Assembly: GCF_009914755.1 (NCBI RefSeq)
Contig: NC_060925.1
DNA: 64,000 bases
Source of the DNA: the human T2T-CHM13v2.0 reference genome, Homo sapiens
Reading direction: 5' to 3' (one strand)
In this document: one piece after another, positions 18,446 through 36,120 of the stretch
Layout: every line of letters begins with the position of its first letter
How positions within the stretch are numbered: the first letter of the stretch is position 1
Notes under the pieces: model-generated
The model's database searches: none
What the model was told of the DNA's origin: nothing
Seen by the model: only the letters and a program-made list of their open reading frames with translations
Made by a program: the position numbers and the translations under genes

Positions 18446-19220
18446 CCTTTTATTTCTTCCAGAATTTCTTGTTATTTTCTGTAAATAAAAACATAAAACT
18501 TTCATGTATTTAGTGCTTATCTATTAACAAATACTGATTTAAAAAAAGAAACCAGTGATATGCTGATAAGTGTTTAACAACCAGCTCTCTAGGTTGAAAA
18601 AAAGGGCTTGATTTGTAGCATTTGTGCATTTCTGTTTGTGAATACTCCAGCTGTGACTGATTTCAAGTTACCAATATGAAGACACTTAACTTGATAGCTG
18701 GGAAGAGATGTGTATTAATAGCTCTCATGAGCTGATGGAAGCCAGCTAACCAAATTTATTATTGGAGTCAATCAAACTTCATTAAATTTTAATTTCAGAT
18801 AACTTTTTAAACTTAAAACTTAATTATTTCCTTCAGTTATGGAAACAGTCAAGTTGCAATGACTGGGCATAAAAAAAAGCACTAATACAGCTTAAATGCC
18901 AAAAAGTACATAAACTTTGCCCTCAACTTTAACAATATATAATTAACAATTATATATAGAATTTAAAAACTTAAAAATTCCTTATCATTGAGGTTACCCT
19001 GAAAGTTGCTGAAAATAAGAGCATTATTACTATTGTAGGTTTTTGTTTTTTTCATAAAGGAACCCACTAATTAACAACCTCTAACCTTACCTTTTGCTGT
19101 TATCTAACAGGTACAAAATTGGTTTCTCTGCATTTTGCTCATAACTTAACAAAATTAAAAGGACTATTGTGAATAAATATTTTCTAACTAAAAGCTTTTT
19201 GCATTTATGGTTTGCTACAG

Positions 19221-19489
19221 CATCTAGCCTGATTCCAACTCAAACAACGATAACAGCTGGAATGGGCATGTTACCATTCTTTCCAAATCAGCACATTGCT
19301 GGACAGGCTGGGCCAGGGCACAGTAATACTCAGGAGAAACAGCCAGCCACGGTGGGAATGGCAGAAGGAAATTTCTCAGGGTCGCAGCCTTATCTTCAGA
19401 GCTTTCCAAACCTTGCTGCTGGAAGCTTGCTGGTGGGACACCATAAGCAGCAGCAAAGCCAGCCAAAAGGCACAGAGATAAGTTCAGGG
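19221..19489 (+). CDS. RAVER2: RAVER2 exon 9 (TSSLIPTQTT...GTEISSG)
   Basis: gctacag| acceptor, GGG|gtaaga donor, 269 nt; lies within ORF 19169..19600. Confidence 0.93.
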
Positions 19490-20398
19490 GTAAGAAAACT
19501 GTGGGTGCACACAGATGTATATATACATGTATATGTATATATATTCCTTTTAAATTATGTCTTAAATTGTCGTGTCAATGAAATGATGACTTTTTCATAG
19601 TTTACATTTACTTTTCAAAATTGAAGAAAACATTGCATTCTTTTAAAAAATCTGTTATAAATAAGCAAACAAAAAATCCATTTTTTGATAAGTTATGCTA
19701 GCTGGCATTTGGGACTATCTTAATTATTTGCCAGTTTGTAAGTAAAGTAATTTTAATTTGTGTAAAATGAGTTACGTCTCTTATAAATAATTTAAATGTG
19801 GATTCTTTATTCCTTATAAGAGAATAAGGAATTTCCAAAAAGTTTGTGATATACATGGTTTTCAAAAATACTTGCTATTTTAAATATAAGATATAAACTA
19901 GTTTAAGTTCAGAATTTTGTAGTTTGAAAAAGCTTAGGAGTATCAATGCTTATTCGCTTACGTAGTAATGTTATTTGTAAGGCTTTCTAAGTACATAGTA
20001 ATGCTGTTCTTTCAAATATACTTTTTTCTATCTTAAATATATATTTGGTAGCTAATTAAAGTATTTTAATATTTAAAGGCAGAACCAATTTTATCCGGAA
20101 AATATCAAAACCAGCTATTAAACTCTGGTCTGTTCAAACTAATCTGGTCTCTCTTTTAATTCTGGAAGATTTTACCGAATCATTTTATTGGCTAAAATAC
20201 CACTGATATTTATAAATGTTGTAATAAGTAGGTAGACTAAAGTACATCTAATTTTTATTATATTTGTACCCTAAAATACACTGTGGTTTGTAAGTGGTAT
20301 AAAACTTAGGCTTAAGCAGTTTGTAAGGAAAAAAAATCTATGTAGTTTCTTGTATTCAAGTGTCAAAATAATAATACTGAATTTGTAAGAGGTTTTAG

Positions 20399-20872
<474 letters not shown>

Positions 20873-21507
20873 TGAATACTTCATGTCTCTTTGCAATCTT
20901 TAATTCACTGAAAGCCTCAGAGTCTTTAGAAGAACTGTGGATTTTAGGTGATTCACATAATGGGCAAATGAGTCTATCTACAAGAGGACAGCCAAAATGG
21001 GGGCAGGTTCTGGAAAATAAGTCCTGTGAAGAAGAATTCAGGAGAAATGGATATATGGAACCTGGAAAGGGACAACCAAACATATACATTGTTAAAGCTA
21101 TTTAAAGAGTAGTCATACAGTATTGTGTGTACCTCCAGTGGGCAGAACTGGCTATTAAGTACAACATACAATAAAGCAGATTTAGGTTTAATATAAGGAA
21201 GAACAATTCAAGCTTTTAAGCAAAGAGAAAGTTTATTTCACAAAGATGTGAATGTCATATCACCAAAAGCAATTAAGCAGAGCCCAGGCAAGCATCTGTA
21301 AAGGATGTTGTATTAATAGAAATGATCCCTCTTTCTGTCAGTAGGGGTTGTACCAGGTAACCTCAGTGTTTTCTAATTGTGAGATTTTAGACTTGGCTGA
21401 AATGATTAGTTTAACTTTGCTTCAGATGTTTAGACCTGCATCTTTAATATTGTGTTGGCCAGTAAGTCTTGAGTCTACCTTTTTGTTTCCAGAATCACCT
21501 CTAGTGC

Positions 21508-21512
21508 AAAAA

Positions 21513-21547
<35 letters not shown>

Positions 21548-21549
21548 AA
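21508..21549 (+). repeat. (AAAT)n microsatellite
   Basis: Read directly from the sequence. Confidence 0.9.
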
Positions 21550-21614
21550 GAGATTTGGACCCCAACTCCAACCTTTGAGAATTTTATTCAGGGAGACAGG
21601 GATGATAACCAGTT

Positions 21615-22834
21615 TCTGTTTATTGTGGTAAAATATACATAACATACAATTTACCATTTTAACCATTTTAAGTGATGTGGCATTAAGTACATTCACATTG
21701 TTGTGCAGCATCATTACTCTCCATCTCCAAAACTTTTTATCATCTCATACTGAAACCTGTACCTGTTAAATAATAACTCTCCATTTTCTTCTCCCACTAG
21801 CCCAGGTAACCACCGTTTCTACTTTTGTCTTTATGAATTTGACTATTCTAGGTACCTAGGTGACACAATATTTGTCCTTCTGTGTGTAGCTTAGTTCACT
21901 TAGCATAATGTTTTCTAGATTCATCCATGTTGTAGCATGTATCCAAATTTCCTTCTTTTCTAAGGCCGAATAATATTCCATTGTACGTATATACCATGTT
22001 TTAATTCAGCCATCCATGGACATGTGGGTTGTTTCTACCTTTTGTTTATTGTAAATAATGCTGCTGTGAACATTGGTATCTGAGTCCCTGCTTTCAATTC
22101 TTTGGGGTATGTACCCAGAAATGGAATTGCTGGATCATACCATAATGCATGTTTAATTTTTGTTGGAACTGTCATCCTTTTTTCCACAGCAGCTGCACCA
22201 TTTTACATTCCTGCTAGCAGTGCACAGGGATTCTAATTTTCCAACATCCTTGCCAACGCTTGTTTTCTGTTTTAGCTGTCTGTAACAAAAATACCATAGA
22301 CTGGGTGGTTTAAACAACAAACATTTATTTCTCACAGTTTGAGAGGCTGGGAATTCTAAGAGAAGGTGCAAGGTGCCAGCAAATCCAGTGTGTGATGAGG
22401 ATACTGTTCCTGCTTTACAGATGACCATCTTTCCATTCCATTTTCACATGGTAAAAGGCTGGAGCAAGACCTTTCATGTCTCTTCTTATAAGAGCACTAA
22501 TCCCACTCTTGAGGGCTCTACTTTAATGACCTCATTACCTCCCAAAGGCCCCACCTTCTAAGACCATCATATTGAGGCTTAGCATTTCAACATATGAATT
22601 CTGGGGAGACTTAAACATTCAGTTCGTAGTGATAGCCATCCCAATGGGTGTGAAGTGGTGTCTCATTGTGGTTTTGATTTGCATTTCCCTAATGATTAGT
22701 GATGTTGAGCATTTTTGTGTGTGCTTACTGGTCATCTGTATATTTTCTTTGGAGAAATGTCTATTAAAGTTTCTGCCCATTTTAAATCAGGTTCATTTTT
22801 GTTGTCATTGCTCAGTTTTTAGGAGTTTTCTACA
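21615..22834 (-). mobile_element. L1MB-type 3' fragment, interrupted by MLT1A
   Basis: Characteristic tttattgtggtaaaatatacataacat...ttaccattttaaccatttttaagt end; resumes at tagccatcc. Confidence 0.75.
22262..22632 (-). mobile_element. MLT1A-like MaLR LTR
   Basis: aaataccatagactgggtggtttaaacaacaaacatttatttctcacagtt ... aaacattcagttcgtag. Confidence 0.75.
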
Positions 22835-22836
22835 TA

Positions 22837-23875
22837 CAGTTGACCCTAGAACAACATGGGTTTTAACTGCACAGGTCCACTTATACTTGGATATTTTCCA
22901 AGAAATATAGTGGGAAATTTTTTGGAAATTTGAAAAAGTTTGAAAAAACTCACAAATGAACCCCATAGCCTAGAAATATTGAAAAAATTAAGAAAAAGTT
23001 ATATATGTCATGAATGCATAAAATATATGTAGATATTAGTCTAGTTTGTAATTTACTACCATAACATGTATACAAACCTATTATTAAAAAGTTAAAATTT
23101 AGCAAAACTAACATACATACTTACAGACCGTACATGGCACCATTCACAGTCAAAAGAAACGTAAACCAAAATAAAGATGCAGTATTAAATCATAACTGCA
23201 TAAAATTAACTGTAGTGTGTACCGTACTACTGTGATAATTTTGTAGCTACTTCCTGTTGCTATTGCGGTGAGCTCAAGTGTTGAGAGGATCCACTTAAAA
23301 TGCTGTATGTTGCTAATCATCTCCATGTGAGCCATTCATCTCTCCAGTAAATTGCTTATTGCAGTAAAAAGTGATGTCTCGTCATGCTTGCATATTTTTC
23401 ATCATGTTTAGTGCAATACCATAAACCTTGAATAACATCCTACAATCCATAAAAATGCCACTAGCGATACTAGAAGTGCTCTCAAGAAACAATGTCATGA
23501 CATTGTAAGAAAAATTCGAATTGCTTGATGTGTACCACAGATTGAGGTTTGTAGCTGCTGTTGTCCACCATTTCAGACAGATCCATATTGTAAACAAATG
23601 ATGTAATTTATGGTATTGATAAATACTACAGTACTGTAAATGTGTTTTCCTTATGGTTTTCTTAATATTTTCTTTTCTCCACTTTATTGTAAAAATACAG
23701 TATATAATACATGTAACATACAACATATGTGTTAATTGTTGGCTGTTGGTAAGGCTTCTAGTTAACAGTAGGCTATTAGTAGTTAAGTTTTTGGGTAGAC
23801 AAGGGTTATACATAGATTTTCCACTGTGTAGGGGGTTGGCACCCCTAACCCCCATGTTGTTTCAAGGGTCAACTG
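22837..23875. mobile_element. Tigger2-family DNA transposon derivative (~1.04 kb)
   Basis: TIRs cagttgaccctagaacaacatggg / cccatgttgtttcaagggtcaactg; TA at the left flank. Confidence 0.8.
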
Positions 23876-24086
23876 TGCTAGAATCCTTACACCTAACTAA
23901 TACATAAAAATATACTGATATACATTTTCAAGAAATGTGTATTTCTAGCATCATCTAAATGTGGAGTTGGAGTTTATTAAACTCATTTATTTTGTTTGAC
24001 ATTATTTTTAGTACCAGAGGTAAATAAGCTTTGCTTTTGTTATTTGGTCATAAAATATAAAAATCTCAGTAAAAATATTGATAACA

Positions 24087-24407
24087 GGCCAGGCGCGGTG
24101 GGTCACGCCTGTAATCTCAACACTTTGGTGTTGAGCCAACACTTTGGCCAAGGCGGGGGCATCACGAAGGTCAGGAGTTCAAGATCAGCCTGGCCAACAT
24201 GGTGAAGCCCCATCTCTACTAAAAATATAAAAAAATTAGCCAGGCATGGTGGTGCGGGCCTGTAATCCCAGCTACTCAGGAGGCGGAAGCAGGAGAATCG
24301 CTTGAACCTGGGAGGCGGAGGTTTCAGTGAGCTGAGATTGCACCATTGCACTCCAGCCTGGGCAATAGAGTGAGATTCCATCTCCAAAAAAAAAAAAAAA
24401 AAAAAAA
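24087..24407 (+). mobile_element. AluS with a small internal duplication (caacactttgg x2)
   Basis: Full Alu with A-tail. Confidence 0.9.
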
Positions 24408-24411
24408 TAGG

Positions 24412-24443
<32 letters not shown>

Positions 24444-24448
24444 TAGAT
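24408..24448 (+). repeat. (TAGA)n(CAGA)n compound tetranucleotide repeat
   Basis: Read directly, at the Alu tail. Confidence 0.85.
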
Positions 24449-24761
24449 AACAGTGTTTCTGGAAAAGAGATATGGAATTTGGTTTTTCTTGTGAAGATGA
24501 ATTCTTTCCTGGTTCAAATGAGAAGGTTGTATAAGATGTCCTTTCATTCTCTTTTAGTTCCAAAGTTCTATGGCTCTACAATAGTTTTTTAAAAACCTAA
24601 TTGAACAACTAATAACAGGTGAAATGTGATAATTTTAGTGAACATCCATAAATATTTCATAAGTACACTAGATGTATTGAAAAATAAGTATTTCTCTATT
24701 CTTTATTTTTATTTTCGTGTACCTCTCATTAAGTACTCCCTCCTTTGTTTTTGTTAAATAG

Positions 24762-24873
24762 GCTGCCTCTAAGAATCAAACTTCACTCTTGGGAGAACCA
24801 CCAAAAGAAATTCGGCTCAGTAAAAATCCATACTTGAATTTGGCAAGTGTGTTGCCCAGTGTGTGCTTATCAT
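24762..24873 (+). CDS. RAVER2: RAVER2 exon 10 (AASKNQTSLLGEPPKEIRLSKNPYLNLASVLPSVCLS)
   Basis: aaatag| acceptor, |gtaagt donor, 112 nt; SLLGEPP motif at 24783-24803. Confidence 0.93.
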
Positions 24874-25851
24874 GTAAGTAGGGGCTCAGTATTCTTGTTG
24901 TGGAGTTTTACTGAATACTTTTCATAATAAGTTTTACTTTAATTTTTGACTTCATGGAAGCAAATAATACCTATTGACCAAATTAAGGCCTAAATTATTC
25001 TTTAAATTGAAAGAATAATTAAAACTAAGACACTCAAAATGCGTGCTATTTTATTTAAGGAAAACATTACAACTCATAGAGAATCATTTTTCTTAACCAG
25101 AAGTTTAAACCTATAAGTAATCTTATATATCTTGAGTATTTGAATACTCCCAGAATGTATGAGCTACCAATAATTGGTGGAAGTGGAATTCTCATTTACA
25201 TTTTGGAGGAAACCCTCAAGCCTTCAATTACTATAAATCAACTATTCATTCAAATATCGTTTTAAGAGAAAATCACAAATGTGATGTGCTCCAGGCACAA
25301 GGATGTTCACTGCAACATTGGTTGTAAATAGTGGGAAAACTGGAAAATACTTAATATTTGTCAATAGGGGAATGCTTAAATAGTTCATCATAAAATTGAA
25401 TACTGTGCAACTTTTTTTTTAATAATTGAGGGATATCTACATATACTGATATGAGATGAACTCTAAAGCATATTTTGGCAAATATATGCATAAAATGATT
25501 CCATTTATGTTTATTTAAAGTTATATATCCTTACATGTATATACTTGAGAGTGCAAATGCATGAAGTAAATCCAAAAAAGTAAATTCTAAACTATTACCT
25601 CTGGGAAGAAGAATAGGATTAAATGAAAAGAGATGAAAGATGAATTTCATTTTTAATATACATCCTCTGTATTTTATGAAATATCCTTGAATCCAAACAT
25701 TAATTTGTAATTTTTTTTGAGCTGGAAAAAAATGTAAAGGCACTTCTAGTATACCTGTTATATATTGATCTGGTCTAAAAATTGATGGTGACAATTATTA
25801 CATTTATAAGAATGGTTAGTTTACATTTTATATGCCTTGTTTTAGAGACTA

Positions 25852-25852
<1 letters not shown>

Positions 25853-25888
<36 letters not shown>
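25853..25888 (+). repeat. (AC)18 microsatellite
   Basis: Read directly from the sequence. Confidence 0.95.
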
Positions 25889-25892
<4 letters not shown>

Positions 25893-25935
25893 TGTTTTGG
25901 GTTATTTATTTATTTATTTTTTTATTATACTTTAA

Positions 25936-26416
<481 letters not shown>

Positions 26417-26717
26417 AGACATATATGTTTTTGAACCTTTCCACCAAAATTATTTACCCATGAGACAGGTGTCCATTTTAAGTTGTTCCAAATGAATAAG
26501 ACAGTATTATATACTTCTCAGGGGAAAATTATTTAGTTATATATTGGCAAACTAAAATTTTGTTCTATTTGATAATGTGCTGAGTTACAATTTATAATAA
26601 AATATAATTTGTTTATAATATAACTTATAATAAAATAATTTATTTAAAATAACCTAAATAAAATAAATTTATAATAAAATAACCTAAATAAAATAAACTT
26701 GTTGATTCTGCCTTTAG

Positions 26718-26854
26718 CCCCTGCAAGTAAAACCACTCTTCATAAGACTGGAATTGCAAGCAGCATTCTGGATGCAATCTCTCAGGGAAGTGAATCACAA
26801 CACGCATTGGAAAAGTGCATTGCTTATTCTCCACCTTTTGGTGATTATGCACAG
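26718..26854 (+). CDS. RAVER2: RAVER2 exon 11 (SPASKTTLHKTG...PFGDYAQ)
   Basis: cctttag| acceptor, CAG|gtaaat donor, 137 nt; lies within ORF 26699..26911. Confidence 0.92.
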
Positions 26855-27069
26855 GTAAATAATTCCCAGGTTCTGATGATACTCAGAAAAATTGGTTCAA
26901 CTATATATTGAGTTCACTGAATATGAAATTGTGATTTCTATATTATTAACGTAGGCAAATCAAATTGCACTGATCTATGTATTTCTTACTCATCATTTGA
27001 AATTTGGGAATGTGTTCAAGACATTATTTAGTATCATTTTGCACTAGATATTTACCTCTCACTGTTTAC

Positions 27070-27292
27070 CTAGTGGTTGGCAAACTACAGCCCATAGAAC
27101 AAATCTAGCCCACCACCTGGTTTTGTAAATAAATTTGTATTGTAATACAGCCATGTCCATTCATTAACATATTGTCTATGGTGCTGTCATGCTATAATAA
27201 AAGAGTTGAGTGATGACAGTAGAGACTATGTGGCCTGCAAGATTAAATATTTACTATCTGGTTCTTTATAGAAAAATGCTGCTAACCTCTGG
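27070..27292. mobile_element. MER58A-like hAT element
   Basis: gtggttggcaaactacagccc ... gctaacctctg ends. Confidence 0.7.
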
Positions 27293-28697
27293 TTTGCACT
27301 AGTGTAGACCTAAGAAACCCAAGGGAATGCCTCTGTTCTTCTCCACTGATTGTAGATGGAGAAAGATGATCATATTTACAGACACTACTGTGCTAACTTC
27401 TAAACCAGCCAATCAATAACATAAAAATATTATGTTCATAAGATGTCCTGTGTCATTACTTAAATATTTCAGTTTTGCTTTGGCCCTTCTTCAGCTTACT
27501 CTTAGTGGTGTAAGCTGAATATATATCATGTTAGCCCTGTGTGATTATGGAATCATAAGAGTCCACAAGAGTCTTATAATTATCAGTTCTGACTCTTACT
27601 TTCCTAGAACAGCCAGCTTCTTCTCAGATCTATCCTGTTCGTTGGAGTCTTGTCTCCACTTTGATTTCCCTGGAGCAGCTTTGTGTTTGCCTGACCCATC
27701 CCTAATAAACTTAGAAAAGAAAACCACTTAGAACAATTGACGCCTGATTATAAGAGTACTAGAAACAGCCCAAGTTCTGTAAAAATGGTGCAGCTGGATA
27801 TTAGTGAAATATTTGCCATCTCTTATATACCTGGGACAAGACGGAAAAATATGGGTTGGGTAGATGATGTAATTAGGTGACAGTATATCTATATTTAGAG
27901 AACAGTGATCACAAATTGCTGCAGTCTGAAGGCATTCTCTTATATTGATTCATAAGAGTCATCTTCAGTCCTTTATTAGATAACATTTGAAGTAATGACT
28001 TAGATAAAGACATTAATTGTAAAATTTACAAGATATAGTCCTGTACAATTCCAATTTGTTTCTTTTCAAGAAACAAACTTTTTATAAACAGGAGAAGCAC
28101 AATAAATTTTTTAAAAATTCATTAAATACATATTTAAGCTTTAAAAATTTTTTGAACTTTTATTTCTTTTTAAATTTGCCTTTTTCTTAGCAGTTTTGCT
28201 TATTAGATTACTGTGATTTATTGTATACTTATATCCATAGAAAGACTTTCTCATTCACACATGGAGAAATTCTGTGATAATGATGCCTTTTGCATTACTG
28301 TATGTCTTCTGCCTCCACACTTGCTTGCCCAGAGATATGGTGGGGAAATGAATCCTCCCTGCACTGTTCAGTGTCTCCTTTGACAGTCCCTGCTTCTAGC
28401 GCACGCTTGTTCATAAAATGGGATTTGTTCTCTCTCTCGTGTTCTTTCTTCCTTATAAACTTAATTAAATGTTACTAATGGAACATTAAAGTACATGGAA
28501 TTAAACTAATGGAATACTAAAATAACCATTATAGAAAAAGGTGGTCGTGTATTAGGAATTCCTTTTACTATTTCCACTGCTGGGATGAAGGAAGAGGTCT
28601 AAGGGAAAGGAACCAAAAGTGTTTGTTTTCTTTTTAACACTTGCTATATGCTTTGTGACATAAGTGATTACTATTTCTAAAAACCCTGTGAGATTTA

Positions 28698-29920
28698 GTA
28701 AACTGGCTAGCCATATGTAGAAAGCTGAAACTGGATCCCTTCCTTACACCTTATACAAAAATCAATTCAAGATGGATTAAAGACTTAGATGTTAGACCTA
28801 AAACCATAAAAACCTTAGAAGAAAACCTAGGCAATACCATTCAGCACATAGGCATGGGCAAGGACTTCATGTCTAAAACACCAAAACCAATGGCAACAAA
28901 AGCCAAAATTGACAAATGGGATCTAATTAAACTAAAGAGCTTCTGCACAGCAAAAGAAACTACCATCAGAGTGAACAGGCAACCTACAGAAGGGAGAAAA
29001 TTTTTGCAATCTACTCATCTGACAAAGGGCTAATACCCAGAATCTACAAAGAACTCAAACAAATTTACCAGCAGAAAACAAACAACCCCATCAAAAAGTG
29101 GGCAAAAGATATGAACAGACACTTCTCAAAAGAAGACATTTCTGCAGCCAACAGACACATGAAAAAATGCTCATCATCACTGGCCATCAGAGAAATGCAA
29201 ATCAAAACCACAATGAGATACCATCTCACACCAGTTAGAATGGCAATCATTAAAAAGTCAGGAAACAACAGGTGCTGGAGAGGATGTGGTGAAATAGGAA
29301 CACTTTTACAGTGTTGGTGGGACTGTAAACTAGTTCAACCGTTGTGAAGTTGGTGTGGCGATTCCTCAAGGATCTAGAACTAGAAATATCATTTGACCCA
29401 GCCATCCCATTACTGGGTATATACCCAAAGAATTATAAATCATGCTGCTATGAAGACACATGCACACGTATGTTTATAGAGGCACTATTCACAATAGCAA
29501 AGACTTGGAACCAACCCAAACGTCCATCAGTGATGGACTGGATTAAGAAAATGCAGCACATATGCACCATGGAATACTATGCAGCCATAAAAAAGGATGA
29601 GCTCATGTCCTTTATAGGGACATGGACGAAGCTGGAAACCATCATTCTGAGCAAACTATCACAAGGACAGAAAACCAAACACCACATGTTCTGACTCAGA
29701 GGTGAGAATTGAACAATGAGAACACTTGGAAACAGGAAGGGGAACGTCACACACTGGGGCCTGTCGTGGGGTGGGGGGAGGGGCAGGGATAGCATTAGGA
29801 GATATACCTAATGTAAATGACGAGCTAATGGGTGCAGCACACCAACATGGCACATGTATACCTATGTAACAAACCTGCACGTTGTGCACATGTACCCTAG
29901 AACTTAAAGTATAATAAAAA
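28698..29920 (+). mobile_element. 5'-truncated L1PA4/5-like element (~1.2 kb)
   Basis: ORF2 C-terminal fragments (ORFs 29111..29347 and 29344..29694), 3'UTR, polyA; TSD aaaaacc(c/t)tgtgagattta at 28679-28697 and 29921-29939. Confidence 0.92.
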
Positions 29921-30268
29921 AAAAACCTTGTGAGATTTAAATGATCACCTTCATTATACAAATGGAGAAGGGATAAATAATCTCTCCAAGTTCATACAAT
30001 TGGTAAGTGATTTCTTGATTTCAAAGGCCACATTATTTATACCATTGAGAAGTTTCTTCAGGCATGGAAGTAATATCTCAGAGAAACTGTGTAGGCTGCT
30101 CTGCTTATGGATTAGGAGAGATGAATATGTCAAGGCATAGAGGGACAAAATAATCTTTATCTCCAATAAAACTATCAGATTTAAAAACCTAATTGGCATT
30201 TCCAGTATTGATGTTGTTGCTTGTATCATACTATCTCCCTACAGATAACCATTATTAAAACTGGACTA

Positions 30269-32400
<2,132 letters not shown>

Positions 32401-32409
32401 TAACATATT

Positions 32410-33890
32410 TTCTTTTTTAATATTTAAAAATTTTTAATTTTAGGTTTGGGGGTACACGTGAATGTTTATTACATAAGTAAACACATGTCACAGGGTTTTT
32501 TTGTACATATTATTTCATCACCGAGGTATTAAGTGCAGTACCCAATAGTTATCTTTTCTGCTGCTCTCCCTCCTCCCACCCTCCACCCTCATGTAGACAG
32601 CAGAGTCCATTGTTTCATTCTGTGTGTTCATAAGTTCTTGTCATTTAGCTCCCACTTACAAGTGAGAACACGCGGTATTTGGTTTTCTGTTCCTGCATTA
32701 GTTTCCTAAGGATAAAAGCTTCCAGCTCTATCCATGTTCCCACAAAAGACATGAGCTCGTTCTTTTTTATGGCTGCATAGTGTTCCATAGTGTATATGTA
32801 CCACATATCCAGTCTGTCATTGATGGGCATTTAGGTTGATTCTATGTCTTTGCTATTGTGGATAGTGCTGCAGTGAACATTTGTGTGCATGTGTATTTAT
32901 GATAGAATAATTTATATTCCTCTGGGTATATACCCAGTAATGGGATTGCTAGGTCTAATGGTAATTCTGTTTTTAGCTCTTTGAGGTATTGCTACACTAC
33001 TTGCCGCAATGGTTGAACTAATTTACACTCCCACCAACAATGTATTAGTGTTCCCTTTTCTCCACAACCTCGCCAGCATCTGCTATTTTTTGACATTTTA
33101 ATAACGGCCAATTCTGATTGGTGTGAGATGGTATCTCATTGTGGTTTTGATTTGCATTTCTCTAATATTCAGTGATATTGAGCTTTTTTTCATATACTTG
33201 TTGGCCACATAGTATGTCTTCTTTTGAGAAGTGTCTGTTCATGTCCTTTGCCCACTTTAATGGGGTTGTTTTTTTCTTGTAAATTTAAGTTCCTTGTAAG
33301 TGCTGGATATTAGCCCTTTGTCAGATGCATAGTTTGCAAAATTTTTCTCCCATTCTGTAGATTGTCTGTTTACTCTGTTGATAGTTTCTTTTGCTTGCAG
33401 AGGCTCTTAATTAGATTCCACTTGTCAATTTTTGTTCTTCCTGCAATTGCTTGTGGTGTCTTGTCATGAAATCTTTGCCCGTTCCTATGTCCAAGGAACC
33501 ATATTGCACTAAAACCGCCAGTAAAATGTTGAATAGAAGCAGTAGAAATATGTATTCACACCTTGTTGAAACTCTGTTGGAACAGGCACATAGACCAATG
33601 GAACAGAATAGAGAGCCCAGAAATAAGGCTGGACATCTGCAACCATCTGGTCTTCGACAAAGTTGACAAAAGCAATGGGGTAAAGACTCCCTATTCGATA
33701 AAAGGTGCGGGGATAACTGGCTAGCCATATGCAGAAGATTAAAGCCAGACCTCTTCCTTACACCATATACAAAAATCAACTCAAGATGGATTAAAGACTT
33801 AAATGTAAAACACAAAATTATAAAAACCCTGGAAGACAACCTAGGCAATACCATCCTGGACACAGGAACGCACAAAGATTTTACGACAAA
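32410..33890 (-). mobile_element. Older L1PA (PA13-16-like) with an inverted 5' segment
   Basis: 32410-33496 is an antisense 3' end; 33583-33890 is a sense ORF2 segment that abuts it in L1 coordinates. Confidence 0.8.
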
Positions 33891-34019
33891 GTATGGCCCA
33901 TACACAAAGGGAAAGTAATTAATAGAAACTGTCCATAAGGAAGTGTAAACACTGGACTTACTAGACAACGATTTGAATTAAAGGGAGCCATGTCTCAGGA
34001 ACTTTTAAAAAGTATGAGA

Positions 34020-35180
<1,161 letters not shown>

Positions 35181-35815
35181 ATTAAGCTTCAACTGTACTA
35201 AACAGAGAATAGCATTTTCATTTAGTGTTTTAGAGATCCTAAAAGTAGTTAGTTATGAGCAAACAGATCAGATCAGTTTTTCAAGATCTAGGTCTAATTA
35301 GAAATCAGTTTTAAATGGACTACCCCTTCCATTTCTCTAGTCAGTTGTAATAATTAATTAGAATTGCCATTGAGCTGTGAATTTTCTCAAAAACTGCATG
35401 TCTTGAATATTTGAACTATGATTGGGAAAACTTAAATCAGAAATAAATTATTTAAAAATTTGTAGTATACACTCTAGCAGTTATTAATAGCATTATAGTC
35501 AGCTATGTAATCCTGTCAATATGAATGTACAAATTGAGTTTGAAATTTCAGATTCTGAGGTCCTTCTATGTCAAATGGTTGGGAGAAGTCTACCTTAAAA
35601 GAGAAGCTTTTGAGCCCATTTATTAAATGTCTATTAAACACCTAAATCTAACATCTAATTATAATCAGTCAAAGACAAAACATTTCACCCTTCCCCTTTT
35701 AATTAAAATAGGTAAAAATATATCTTAAGCACCTTTCCAGTTTGACATAGTCCCAATAATGTAAAGAAAAATGTAAGAGGTTTTTCAGCTGTTTGATATG
35801 ACTGTGTAAGTTGTG

Positions 35816-36120
35816 ATTTTTTTTTTTTTTTTTTTTTTGAGACAGCGTCTTGCTCTGTCATCCAGGCTGGAGGGCAGTGATGCAATCTCAGCTCACTGCA
35901 ACCTCCACCTCCTGGGTTCAAGTGATTCTCCTGCCTCAGCGTCCCGAGTAGCTCGAATTACAAGCACCCACCACCATGCCCAGCTAATTTTTGTATATTT
36001 AGTAGAGACAGGGTTTCACCACATTGACCAGGCTGGTCTTGAACTCCTGACCTCAAGTGATCTGCCTGCCTTGGTCTTCCAAAGTGCTAGGATTATAGGC
36101 ATGTGCCACCGCGCCCGGCC
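35816..36120 (-). mobile_element. AluS
   Basis: Full antisense Alu with polyT. Confidence 0.92.

Noticed and set aside
23382-23855. 157-aa ORF within the Tigger2 derivative
   Set aside because: No recognisable DDE or HTH transposase motifs; the element is too short to be autonomous.
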